Positions 10,160 through 19,818 of a stretch of DNA of 36,101 bases are shown here, in pieces; positions within the stretch are counted from its first letter, which is position 1; every line of letters begins with the position of its first letter. The DNA is from Atribacterota bacterium (GTDB lineage Bacteria > Atribacterota > Phoenicimicrobiia > Phoenicimicrobiales > Phoenicimicrobiaceae): positions 1 to 36,101 of the forward strand of contig JBBRDV010000008.1 of NCBI GenBank assembly GCA_038203565.1, read 5' to 3'. The position numbers and the translations under genes are program-made. The notes below the pieces were generated by a model. The model was not told the origin of the DNA. It did no database searches and saw only the letters and a program-made list of their open reading frames with translations.

Positions 10160-10511
10160 TTAGGCAGTAGTGCCTGTCTCAACGTTAACCCAACTTCTAC
10201 TCCTGGCACTGCTGATGATTGCTTCGATCACCTGCATATTCGCTACAGCATCTTCGAGCGGTACCGGGACCTCTCTATCTTCCAGCACTGCCCGGGAAAA
10301 GAGGTCTCCCTGAATCGTATATTGGTCGCAAACTTCCAGGACAACCTCTTCAATCCTGTTACCATCTCCATACCATACTTTGCATGGCCGGTCAGACGGA
10401 GCATTGAAAGGTATTTCGCTCTCAATCCGTCCTTTAGTGCCAGAGATGTTAACCCGCTCGTAAGGCACCAGCTGGGTCGCACAGGTAAATGTGGAAGTAC
10501 CGCTGCTAAAC
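10160..10511 (-). pseudogene. C-terminal fragment of a Gfo/Idh/MocA oxidoreductase
   Basis: FSSGTSTFTCATQLVPYERVNISGTKGRIESEIPFNAP...DQYTIQGDLFSRAV...EDAVANMQVIEAI; NAD-binding domain absent. Confidence 0.75.
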
Positions 10512-10519
10512 TATGGTTT

Positions 10520-10788
10520 GGTGACAGGATTTCATCCAGATTATCAACTACTTCTTTGGTTTCAAATTGAACAATAAGCATAATCTCTTTATTTGAAGTC
10601 TTTAGGTGGGTTTTTTCGTCAATCGCCAGGCCATATCCAGCTGTCCGACTAACACTTATCAATCCTCTAAATTCTTTTCTCTTTTCCCCCTCTCTTTGGA
10701 TGTATTTAGACAATGATACGGCTTTTTTGGCCTCTTCATAACTGCTGACCATTGGAAAAATAATTCCCATAGCCCCTACATCTAAAGC
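10520..10788 (-). pseudogene. Internal fragment of an HpcH/HpaI aldolase
   Basis: ALDVGAMGIIFPMVSSYEEAKKAVSLSKY...IMLIVQFETKEVVDNLDEILS; both ends missing. Confidence 0.75.
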
Positions 10789-10827
10789 AAAACCTGGCAG
10801 AGGAAGGACGGTCCTCTGTCAGGTTTT
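10789..10827. terminator. Hairpin downstream of trpB2 (terminator or REP-like)
   Basis: AAAACCTGGCAGAGGA / TCCTCTGTCAGGTTTT inverted repeat with one mismatch. Confidence 0.65.
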
Positions 10828-10847
10828 GTCCCCCGTCACAGAACCGT

Positions 10848-12209
10848 CTATTCCACTTTAGGTAGATCTTGTAAGGCCTCTTCAATTTTTTCCTTAGGGT
10901 AAGCATAATCTTTTAATTTTCCGGCAAAGTAAGCTTCATAAGCAGCCATATCCATATGACCATGTCCACTAAGGCCCAATAATATCGTTTTTGCCTCTCC
11001 GGATTCTTTACATTTAAGTGCTTCATCGATAGTAGCTCTAATGGCATGGTTGGTTTCCGGAGCACAAATAATACCTTCATTTCTGGCAAAAGTTACTCCG
11101 GCCTGAAATGTGCCTAATTGGTGCTCTGCCCGGGCTTCCACCAATCCTAATTTTAGTAAATGACAGATAATGGGAGCCATTCCGTGATATCTTAATCCGC
11201 CAGCGTGAACCGGTGGAGGAATAAAACCATGCCCCAGAGTATACATCTTTAATAAAGGGGTAAGTCCGGCAACATCACCATAATCATACGCATAAGGGCC
11301 CCTGGTTAAAGTCGGACAACTTGTCGGTTCAACATTTATTATTTTTAAATCAGGTTTTCGCCCTTCAATCTTATCTTTCACAAATGGCAAGAAAAGACCA
11401 GCAAAGTTTGACCCACCTCCCACACATCCAATAATAATATCGGGATATTCACCAATCTGTTCCATAACCTTCTTTGATTCTAATCCAATGATAGTCTGGT
11501 GCAGTAACACATGATTTAATACGCTTCCCAGGGAATAATGGGTATCATCACGACCGACCGCCTCTTCTACTGCTTCACTGATAGCCAGACCAAGGCTCCC
11601 CGGACAATCAGGATCTTTAGCCAACATATCCCTTCCGGCTTGTGTATCAGAAGAAGGACTGGGAATACAATTTGCCCCCCAGGTCTCCATCATTATTCGA
11701 CGATAAGGTTTTTGCATGTAACTTACCTTAACCATATATACTTTAATTTCCATTCCAAAACAGGCACCGGCAAAAGATAAAGCACTGCCCCATTGCCCAG
11801 CCCCTGTTTCAGTAGTTATCCGATTAATCCCTTCCTTTTTATTATAGTAGGCCTGAGCAACTGCCGTATTGGGTTTATGACTTCCCGCGGGACTGCTACC
11901 TTCATACTTATAGTAAATCTTAGCAGGGGTATCCAGTGCTTTCTCTAATCTCCAGGCGCGGTAAAGAGTAGTCGGTCTCCATATCCGATAAATCTCCTGC
12001 ACTTCTTCAGGAATTTCAATATAGCGCTCAGCACTCATTTCCTGTTTGATTAACTCCATAGGGAATAAGGGAGCAAGGTCATTAGGCCCAATAGGCTTAC
12101 CTGTTGCCGGATGTAAAGGAGGCGGGAGCGGTTCCGGTAAATCGGCTAAAATATTATACCAAGCAGTGGGCATTTCTTTTTCGCTAAGAACAAATTTAAC
12201 TCTTTTCAT
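10848..12209 (-). CDS. trpB2: Type-2 tryptophan synthase beta chain
   Basis: [17 protein letters not shown] (PLP Lys); [24 protein letters not shown]. Confidence 0.93.
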   Translation of the reverse strand: MKRVKFVLSEKEMPTAWYNILADLPEPLPPPLHPATGKPIGPNDLAPLFPMELIKQEMSAERYIEIPEEVQEIYRIWRPTTLYRAWRLEKALDTPAKIYYKYEGSSPAGSHKPNTAVAQAYYNKKEGINRITTETGAGQWGSALSFAGACFGMEIKVYMVKVSYMQKPYRRIMMETWGANCIPSPSSDTQAGRDMLAKDPDCPGSLGLAISEAVEEAVGRDDTHYSLGSVLNHVLLHQTIIGLESKKVMEQIGEYPDIIIGCVGGGSNFAGLFLPFVKDKIEGRKPDLKIINVEPTSCPTLTRGPYAYDYGDVAGLTPLLKMYTLGHGFIPPPVHAGGLRYHGMAPIICHLLKLGLVEARAEHQLGTFQAGVTFARNEGIICAPETNHAIRATIDEALKCKESGEAKTILLGLSGHGHMDMAAYEAYFAGKLKDYAYPKEKIEEALQDLPKVE

Positions 12210-12374
12210 TTTTTTCTCCTTTTAAAATAATTTTTTAATTTAATGTCTTTTTTATTCTTAAATTAATTTTATCCCTTTGAGTGACTAAATTCATAATATT
12301 CTCATATCAAACCTCCCTATCTTAATAGTTTAAAAATTTCTGATTATCACTTTTTTCGAATCTATTTTAAAATG

Positions 12375-13175
12375 TTATCTGTTTAGCAGTACCTCCTTTA
12401 ATGATTTAACGAAATTAGTTATCTGCAGTAATAAGGTCGGCAAATCTCCTCGATAATTTTCTATTAACTTTACTATCGCGCTTCCTACAATTACGGCATC
12501 AGCATATTTTGCTGCTTCTCTAACTTGTTCCGGATTACTAATACCAAAACCTATAGCTAAAGGTTTGTTTGTATAAGATTTAATTTTTTCTATCATTTCT
12601 GCGATTTCCTTGGAAAATTCTTTTCTGACTCCTGTTACCCCTAAAACAGACACACAATAAATAAAACCTCTTGCTTTTTGAACTATGGCGGCAATTCTCT
12701 CCGAAGTACTGGCAGGAGTTAAAAAAGAAACTAACTCTAATCCTTTTTTTTCAGTGATATTTCGAAATTCTTCACTTTCCTCTAAAGGTAAATCAGGAAC
12801 GATAAAACCATCCACTCCCACCACTTTACTTTCTTTTACAAAACGCTCCAATCCATAGGCATAAATTGGATTATAATAAGTCATTAAAGCAAGTGGTATG
12901 GAAGTTTTCTCTCGCATTCTTACTATAGTAGATAATATTTTGGGTATATTCGTATTAACCTTTAATGCCCTTTCAGAAGCATGCTGAATGGTCACTCCGT
13001 CTGCTAAAGGATCGGAAAAGGGAATGCCTAATTCAATAATATTCGCCCCTGCTTTGGCGATTGTACAAACTAAAGCTTCAGTTACTTTTAAATTTGGATC
13101 TCCAGCCGTAATATAAATAATTAATCCCTTTTCCCCTTGACCTTTTAATCGGTTTAATGTTTCTTCAATTTTCAT
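12375..13175 (-). CDS. trpA: Tryptophan synthase alpha chain
   Basis: [33 protein letters not shown]. Confidence 0.97.
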   Translation of the reverse strand: MKIEETLNRLKGQGEKGLIIYITAGDPNLKVTEALVCTIAKAGANIIELGIPFSDPLADGVTIQHASERALKVNTNIPKILSTIVRMREKTSIPLALMTYYNPIYAYGLERFVKESKVVGVDGFIVPDLPLEESEEFRNITEKKGLELVSFLTPASTSERIAAIVQKARGFIYCVSVLGVTGVRKEFSKEIAEMIEKIKSYTNKPLAIGFGISNPEQVREAAKYADAVIVGSAIVKLIENYRGDLPTLLLQITNFVKSLKEVLLNR

Positions 13176-14368
13176 AATTTTGCCTCCAATTTATTATTCA
13201 CAACTTCTGAATCTTTATCTCCTCGGCCAGAAAGGCAAACTACTACAATTTCTTTCGGGTTTGTTTTAGGAATTAATTTTAATAAATAAGCCAGAGCGTG
13301 AGCACTTTCTAAGGCAGGAATAATCCCCTCTGTTTTAGAAAGTAATTGAAATGCCTCTAAAGCCTCATCATCAGTTGCCGAAACATAATTAGCTCGACCG
13401 GTTTCTTTAAGGTACGCATGTTCCGGGCCAACACCGGGATAATCAAGACCAGCGGAAATTGAATATGCTTCCTTTATTTGTCCATTTTCATCTTGCAAGA
13501 GGAAGCTTTTTGTTCCATGAAGTATCCCAATTTTTCCAGCTCCCAAGGATGCTGCATGCTTTTGAGTAAGTAACCCATAACCAGCTGCTTCAACTCCATA
13601 AATTTTCACTTTTTTTTCATTAATAAATTCATAAAATAAACCAATTGCATTACTACCTCCACCTACACAAGCTACTAAATAATCAGGCAGGCGACCTTCT
13701 TGAGTAATAACCTGTTCCTTAACTTCTTTGCCAATTATAGATTGAAAATCTCTGACCATCATAGGATAGGGGTGAGGTCCAACTACTGAACCAATTAAAT
13801 AGTAAGTATCTTTTACATTAGAAGCCCAATCTCTAATTGCCTCATTAACTGCATCCTTTAAAGTTCTACTCCCTGATTTAACCGGCACAACTTCAGCTCC
13901 TAATATTTGCATTCGGAAAACATTAAGTGCTTGCCGTTTTATATCCACTTCCCCCATATACACCCGACAAGATAGACCGAATAAGGCAGCTACGGTAGCT
14001 ACTGCAACACCATGTTGACCAGCTCCGGTTTCGGCAACAATCCGTTTCTTTCCTAGTTTTTTCGCTAAAAGTACCTGACCTATTACATTATTAATCTTAT
14101 GCGAACCAGTATGATTTAAATCTTCTCTTTTTAAATATATCTTTGCTCCCCCTAATTTCTTTGTTAATCTCTTAGCATAATAAAGAATGGAAGGTCTCCC
14201 GATATAATGTTTAAAATAATAGTGCAAATCTCTCTGAAAATTAATACTTTTCTTTGCCTTTTGATAGGCTACTTCAATTTCAGTGATAGCTGGGATCAGG
14301 GTTTCTGGTATATACTTACCTCCAAAATCACCAAAATAACCTCTTTTATCAGGCAATATTCTGTCCAT
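13172..14368 (-). CDS. trpB: Tryptophan synthase beta chain (type 1)
   Basis: [43 protein letters not shown]; start moved to ATG 14368 behind a GAGGTG RBS. Confidence 0.97.
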   Translation of the reverse strand: MDRILPDKRGYFGDFGGKYIPETLIPAITEIEVAYQKAKKSINFQRDLHYYFKHYIGRPSILYYAKRLTKKLGGAKIYLKREDLNHTGSHKINNVIGQVLLAKKLGKKRIVAETGAGQHGVAVATVAALFGLSCRVYMGEVDIKRQALNVFRMQILGAEVVPVKSGSRTLKDAVNEAIRDWASNVKDTYYLIGSVVGPHPYPMMVRDFQSIIGKEVKEQVITQEGRLPDYLVACVGGGSNAIGLFYEFINEKKVKIYGVEAAGYGLLTQKHAASLGAGKIGILHGTKSFLLQDENGQIKEAYSISAGLDYPGVGPEHAYLKETGRANYVSATDDEALEAFQLLSKTEGIIPALESAHALAYLLKLIPKTNPKEIVVVCLSGRGDKDSEVVNNKLEAKL

Positions 14369-14978
14369 TTTTCCACCTCTGAATTTCTTCCATATATTTT
14401 TTGATTTTCTTTTCATCTTTGCAACCCCTTGTTTCTACGCCACTACTTACATCTACTCCCCAGGGATTTGTAGCACTTAGCGCTTGAAAAACATTATTTG
14501 GATTTAAGCCACCTGCCAAAATTACCAATCCATATTTTTTTACCGTTTCTAGATTTTTCCAAGAGAAAGCTTTTCCAGTTCCTCCATCTGCACCTGGTTG
14601 ATAGGTATCAGTTAAAAAATACTTGACAACTCCACTATAGCTTGCTGGGTCAGGAAATAATTGACCATCTTTGGATACTTTAATTGCTTTTATTACTTTT
14701 TTTTCATATTGCCGGCAATAATTAACGTTCTCTGTTCCGTGAAATTGAAGAGCCGTTAAATTACAGTATTCGGCAATTTCTTTTACTAAAGATGTCGGGG
14801 CATTGACAAAAACTCCTACTCGCAATATATTTTTGGGTAAGGTTTGAATAATTTTTTTTGCATCTTCAGGAAAAATTCTTCGTGAACTTTCGGCAAACAC
14901 AAATCCCAATGTATTCACTCCGGCATCTACTGCTATATGGGCTGTATTCTTATCTTTTATTCCACAAATTTTAATCAT
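14349..14978 (-). CDS. trpF: Phosphoribosylanthranilate isomerase
   Basis: [30 protein letters not shown]; start moved to ATG 14978. Confidence 0.95.
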   Translation of the reverse strand: MIKICGIKDKNTAHIAVDAGVNTLGFVFAESSRRIFPEDAKKIIQTLPKNILRVGVFVNAPTSLVKEIAEYCNLTALQFHGTENVNYCRQYEKKVIKAIKVSKDGQLFPDPASYSGVVKYFLTDTYQPGADGGTGKAFSWKNLETVKKYGLVILAGGLNPNNVFQALSATNPWGVDVSSGVETRGCKDEKKIKKYMEEIQRWKNGQNIA

Positions 14979-14985
14979 GGTTAAT

Positions 14986-15798
14986 TTATCTCCTCTTCCC
15001 ATTCCCACTTTTTTTCACCACCCCCACCAATTCTTTCAATTTTTTGTTAAGGTTGTTTGCAGACATCAAAGTTTCACCAATCAATACTGCATCTATTCCA
15101 CAAAAACTTAATTCCTCAATATCTTGACGATTATTAATTCCACTTTCACTTATCACCACACGATCTTTGGGAATTAAATGACTCAATTTGCCAGTTCTAG
15201 ATAAATCTATAGAAAAATTTTCTAAATTACGGTTATTAATTCCAATCATATTCGATTCAGTCCCTAAAACCTTATACAGTTCATCGATATTATGAACTTC
15301 GACTAAGCAATCCATGTTTAAAGATCGAGCTATTTTTTGAAAATGACTTAATAAAGATTGGTCTAGTAGACTGGCAATAAGTAAAATAGCGTCAGCTCCC
15401 AAACAACGGGATTGATAAATCTGATATTCATCAAAAATAAAGTCCTTTCTCAAAACCGGTACACTGGTTATCTTCTTTACTTTTTGAATATTACCAGGAT
15501 GACCTTGAAAATAATTTCTTTCAGTTAAAACGGAAATAGCCATCGCCCCGCCGTTAGCATAAGCTTTGATAATCTTTTCTAAGTTCTTCTTTTTATTAAT
15601 AAATCCTCGAGAGGGAGAAGCAAATTTAAGTTCAGCAATTATCGAAATATAAGAATCAGAATTTAAACAGGCACAGAAGTTTCGAGTAGGCGGCAATCCC
15701 TTTTTAATTAAATCGATTAAAGATGGAAGAGGAAATTGCTTTTTATCTTGTTTAATTTCTTCTTGTTTATGAATGATAATGTTATCGAGAATATTCAT
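14986..15798 (-). CDS. trpC: Indole-3-glycerol phosphate synthase
   Basis: IAELKFASPS; SVLTE; LRKDFI; GINNRNL; SESGI. Confidence 0.96.
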   Translation of the reverse strand: MNILDNIIIHKQEEIKQDKKQFPLPSLIDLIKKGLPPTRNFCACLNSDSYISIIAELKFASPSRGFINKKKNLEKIIKAYANGGAMAISVLTERNYFQGHPGNIQKVKKITSVPVLRKDFIFDEYQIYQSRCLGADAILLIASLLDQSLLSHFQKIARSLNMDCLVEVHNIDELYKVLGTESNMIGINNRNLENFSIDLSRTGKLSHLIPKDRVVISESGINNRQDIEELSFCGIDAVLIGETLMSANNLNKKLKELVGVVKKSGNGKRR

Positions 15799-16820
15799 TA
15801 AATTAGTCCTCTTAAGGTATAATTTCTTAATTCCTCAAATTTCCGGAAAGCAGCTCCTGAATCGATAGTTTCTGCTGCTTTCTCTATTCCGACTTTTAAA
15901 TCTTTAACTACTCCCTTTACCATAAAAGCAGCAGCAGCATTTGCAAGAACTATATTTCGTTGCGGATCTTTCCCTCTACCACTTAATATATCTAGAGTAA
16001 TTTCTGCATTAATCTTTGCACTTCCTCCTTGAATATCCTTTAATTCACATCGTGGTAGCTTTAATTCTTCTGGTTCAAGATAAAAAGTTTTAACTTTTCC
16101 TTTTTTAACCTGGCTAATTTTTGTAGATCCGGTTAAAGTTATTTCATCGATTCCGGTTTCTCCACAAACTACCATTGCCCCTATTACTCCGAGTCTGCAC
16201 AACACTCCCGCAATCAATTCAGTAAGGTTTACATCATAAACTCCTAAAATTTGATATTTTGATCCTGCTGGGTTGGTAAGGGGACCGAGTAGATTAAAAA
16301 TTGTACGAAATCCTATTTCCCTCCGCGGACCAATAGCAAATTTCATGGCCGGGTGAAAAACAGGAGCAAAGAAAAAAGCAATTCCTACCTCTTCCAGGCA
16401 CTCTTCAACTTGAAGGGGGGTTAAATTTATGTTTACTCCTAATGCCTCTAACACATCAGCACTTCCGCTTTTACTAGATGCGCCCCTATTCCCATGTTTG
16501 GCTACCTTTATTCCAGTTCCAGCTACAACTAAAGCAACAACTGTAGAAATATTAAAAGTACCTTTATAATCTCCACCGGTACCACAAGTATCTAAAGTTA
16601 AAGGATAAGCTTTTTTCAATTTCACTGTATTCTCTTTCATAGCTCGTACGCACCCGGTAATTTCTTCTATCGTTTCTCCTTTGATTCGCAGGGCAGTTAA
16701 AAAACTCGCAATCTGAGCGGAAGTTGCTTCTCCCAGCATAATATTATTCATCGCTTGTCTAGCCTCACTTTCATCTAAACTTCCACCTGATACTAATCTG
16801 TTTAATATATTCTTTAACAA
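15798..16820 (-). CDS. trpD: Anthranilate phosphoribosyltransferase
   Basis: DTCGTGGD; FNIST; KHGNR; SGSADVLEALG. Confidence 0.97.
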   Translation of the reverse strand: MLKNILNRLVSGGSLDESEARQAMNNIMLGEATSAQIASFLTALRIKGETIEEITGCVRAMKENTVKLKKAYPLTLDTCGTGGDYKGTFNISTVVALVVAGTGIKVAKHGNRGASSKSGSADVLEALGVNINLTPLQVEECLEEVGIAFFFAPVFHPAMKFAIGPRREIGFRTIFNLLGPLTNPAGSKYQILGVYDVNLTELIAGVLCRLGVIGAMVVCGETGIDEITLTGSTKISQVKKGKVKTFYLEPEELKLPRCELKDIQGGSAKINAEITLDILSGRGKDPQRNIVLANAAAAFMVKGVVKDLKVGIEKAAETIDSGAAFRKFEELRNYTLRGLI

Positions 16821-16918
16821 TTTAGTCTCCTCATATTTAAAAAGTTTTTTAAAAAAAGCACTTTTTTTAAGATTAATTACGCTAATGGAACTTTTTCTCT
16901 ATTGTTCCTATTTTCTAT

Positions 16919-17512
16919 TCACTCTTTTCTCAATTTTTTAATTTTTCGAGCAAAAGAAACAAAATTTTTCAAAATATCCTTCCCTGAGGCAGTTAAAATA
17001 GATTCTGGATGAAACTGTACCCCAAAAACAGGATATTCCTTATGACTAATTCCCATAATTACATTATCATCAGTATAGGCGATAACTTCCAAACAGGAAG
17101 GCAAAGAACCTGAATCTAAAATTAAAGAATGATATCTTCCTGCCGAAAAAGGGTTATCTAAGCCACGATAGAGACCCTTTTTTTGATGATAAATATAAGA
17201 TGATTTACCATGCATTAATTTTTTAGCTTTTATCACTTTTCCTCCATAAGCCACCCCAATAGCCTGATGACCTAAACAAACCCCTAAGATAGGAATCTTG
17301 TCTCCTAATTTCTGCACGACTTCTACTGAAATACCAGCTTCCTTGGGAGTGCAAGGGCCAGGAGAAATAACTATTCCCATTAAATCTTTCTGAATAATCT
17401 CCTTTATATTTATTTTGTCATTCCGATAAACCTGGGTTTTTAAACCTAATTCCCCTAAATACTGAACCAGATTAAAAGTAAAAGAATCATAATTATCAAT
17501 GACTAATATCAT
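16919..17512 (-). CDS. trpG: Anthranilate synthase component II (glutamine amidotransferase)
   Basis: IDNYDSFT; SPGP; GVCLGHQ; QFHPES. Confidence 0.96.
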   Translation of the reverse strand: MILVIDNYDSFTFNLVQYLGELGLKTQVYRNDKINIKEIIQKDLMGIVISPGPCTPKEAGISVEVVQKLGDKIPILGVCLGHQAIGVAYGGKVIKAKKLMHGKSSYIYHQKKGLYRGLDNPFSAGRYHSLILDSGSLPSCLEVIAYTDDNVIMGISHKEYPVFGVQFHPESILTASGKDILKNFVSFARKIKKLRKE

Positions 17513-17569
17513 TTTTTATTCCACCTACTTTACTTATATAAGTTTTATACCAAGAATTAAATTTTAATA

Positions 17570-19075
17570 TTAAAAACTCTCTGCCAAATCTATCGCCTTA
17601 AACATTGCTTTAGATTTATTTAAAGTCTCCTTATATTCCATTTCCGGAAGCGAATCATCTACAATCCCCGCCCCTACTTGGATATAAGCTTGATCGCCTT
17701 TAAAAATAATCGTACGAATGGTAATGCAAGTATCCATATTTCCATTAAAGCCAATATATCCAACAGCCCCTGCGTAAGGACCTCTGTAATTTGGTTCTAA
17801 TTCATCAATAATCTCCATGGCACGTACTTTAGGAGCACCGGAAACCGTTCCTGCCGGAAAACAAGCTTCCAAGGTATCAAAGGCATTTTTGTTTGGCTGA
17901 ATTTTGCCCTCTACCTCTGAAACTAAATGCATTACATGAGAAAACTTTTCAACTTTCATAAAACTACTCACTTTCACTGTACCGGGACAGCAAATTCGAC
18001 CTAAATCATTTCGAGCTAAATCTACCAACATGGTATGTTCTGCCTTTTCTTTCTCATCATTTAACATATCTTTTTCTAACTTTATATCTTCAACCTCGTT
18101 TTTGCCCCGCTGCCGTGTTCCGGCAATGGGTTTACTCTCTACTAATTCCCCGGTTAACCTAACCAAAGGCTCGGGAGAAGCTCCTACCACCTGAACTTTT
18201 CCATAGTTTAAATAATACATATAAGGCGAAGGATTTAAACTTCGTAAAGAACGATATATTTCAAAAGGATTTTCCTTTGTTTTTCTATTTAAACGCTGAG
18301 ATAATACTACCTGAAAGGCATCGCCCGCTAAAATGTATTTTTTCACCTTTTTCACTTTATTTACAAACTCTTTCTGAGTAATATTGCTTCTTGTTTGTGA
18401 CAATTCCTCGCTTTTTTTCTCAATTTCTCTTTGTTTATCCAAAGAGGGGAAACTAGGGTTTTTCAACTGAGACAAAATATTTTCAATCTGAGTAATTGCT
18501 TGTTCATAAGCTGTATCTTTAGATAATCCCTTTTCGTTTAAAGGAATATTAGCAATTATCCACAATTGATGGGTTAGGTGGTCAAATACCAATACTATCC
18601 CGGCAAAAATCAAAATACAGTCAGGCATATCAATATCATCTATTGTGTTTTTAGGCAATTCCTCGATAAAGCGGACCAATTCATAACCAAAATACCCGAC
18701 TCCACCTCCAAAAAAACGGGGCAACCCTTTAATTGGAGAAGTTTTAAATTCAGCAAATAATCGGCGTAAATACCATAAAGGATTTTCTGCATATACTTCT
18801 TTTTTGTCTTTAGTTTCTATCTCAATCCTTGTATCCTTACTCTGAAATACTAAAAAAGGATCTATCCCGATAAAAGAATAACGGGCTAATTTGTCACCAC
18901 CATCTGCGCTTTCTAATAAATAACTTAATCCATTTCTCCCTATCTTCTGAAAAACGCTAATGGGAGTTTCCGTATCAGCAAGAATTTTACGGTATACGGT
19001 GAGTATATTTATATTTTTAGGCAATTTTAATAAATCTTCTTTGTCTGGATAATATATTATATTTTTCTCTCTCAT
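17570..19075 (-). CDS. trpE: Anthranilate synthase component I
   Basis: LLESA; NPSPYMY; PIAGTR; EHTMLVDLARND; FPAGTVSGAPK. Confidence 0.97.
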   Translation of the reverse strand: MREKNIIYYPDKEDLLKLPKNINILTVYRKILADTETPISVFQKIGRNGLSYLLESADGGDKLARYSFIGIDPFLVFQSKDTRIEIETKDKKEVYAENPLWYLRRLFAEFKTSPIKGLPRFFGGGVGYFGYELVRFIEELPKNTIDDIDMPDCILIFAGIVLVFDHLTHQLWIIANIPLNEKGLSKDTAYEQAITQIENILSQLKNPSFPSLDKQREIEKKSEELSQTRSNITQKEFVNKVKKVKKYILAGDAFQVVLSQRLNRKTKENPFEIYRSLRSLNPSPYMYYLNYGKVQVVGASPEPLVRLTGELVESKPIAGTRQRGKNEVEDIKLEKDMLNDEKEKAEHTMLVDLARNDLGRICCPGTVKVSSFMKVEKFSHVMHLVSEVEGKIQPNKNAFDTLEACFPAGTVSGAPKVRAMEIIDELEPNYRGPYAGAVGYIGFNGNMDTCITIRTIIFKGDQAYIQVGAGIVDDSLPEMEYKETLNKSKAMFKAIDLAESF

Positions 19076-19120
19076 TATTTCATTCCTCCAATAGGTAAAT
19101 ATCTAAGATAAATAGAAAAT

Positions 19121-19250
19121 AAAAAAGCTCTCTATCCCTAATTATTTTAATGAAAGGGGCGGAGAGCTAACTGTCCGTGGTGCCACCCTGATTGAGTCTA
19201 ATCGATTAATATAATTCAATATGAATATTAATATCTATCAGGCTCCTCTT
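19121..19250 (-). ncRNA. Second, partial T-box module (stem III, antiterminator, terminator; no stem I)
   Basis: GGGTGGCACCACGG (19175-19188) followed by AGCTCTCCGCCCCT...AGGGATAGAGAGCT-TTTTT. Confidence 0.85.
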
Positions 19251-19275
19251 GATTATGCGTAATGGTTATATAAAC

Positions 19276-19575
19276 AAAAAAATCTCTCATCTCTTGGAGA
19301 CGAAAGATTAATTCCGTGGTGCCACTCTAATAGGATTTTTGCTTAGGTAAATCCTACTCTTTAAGGGTACGGGCAATATAAATTAATTATATACCGATAC
19401 GCTTTTCCTTATTACGGGGGAAAAGTCCGCCAAAACATACTCGGACTATTTAAGTCCTTTCAGTCTGAAGCTTGTGGGCCCATTTCGCAAATCCTTTAAA
19501 ATTTTTGTCGATTCTCACCATAAACGACTCTCTGTAAAATTTGGTAATCTGCTACTTCTCCCACGCTTTGCTGTT
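19276..19575 (-). ncRNA. Trp-specific T-box riboswitch (complete unit with terminator)
   Basis: Stem I AGAGA and GGTGAGA motifs; specifier GAAA-TGG-G (TGG at 19480-19482); T-box GAGTGGCACCACGG (19314-19327); terminator followed by T-run. Confidence 0.92.
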
Positions 19576-19596
19576 AACTATTTATTATTTTTAATA

Positions 19597-19624
19597 ATTA
19601 TAACATGGATAACATAGATGTCAA
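19597..19624 (-). promoter_or_regulatory. Sigma70/SigA promoter of the trp operon
   Basis: TTGACA-N16-TATAAT with an extended TGn -10, just upstream of T-box stem I. Confidence 0.8.
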
Positions 19625-19818
19625 GTTTAATTAAAAAATACTCGCCAAGGCTCGCTAATTCTCTAACTACCACACAAAAATTTACACTAACCGCTAAAAT
19701 ATTTATAGTTTTCTTAAAGTTTATCAGAGGTGTTTTTTGGCTCTCTGCAACCAAACTCATACTTTTCACCCCCTATTGAGTGAAGACTTTGTCAGCGGGC
19801 AACGATCCCTTAACCAAG

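Noticed and set aside
10243..10770. 175-aa ORF as a novel protein
   Set aside because: An aldolase fragment reading out of frame through the oxidoreductase fragment
19578..19769. 63-aa minus-strand ORF as a trp leader peptide
   Set aside because: It has no Trp codons, runs through the trp promoter and has no recognisable motif; the T-box explains regulation
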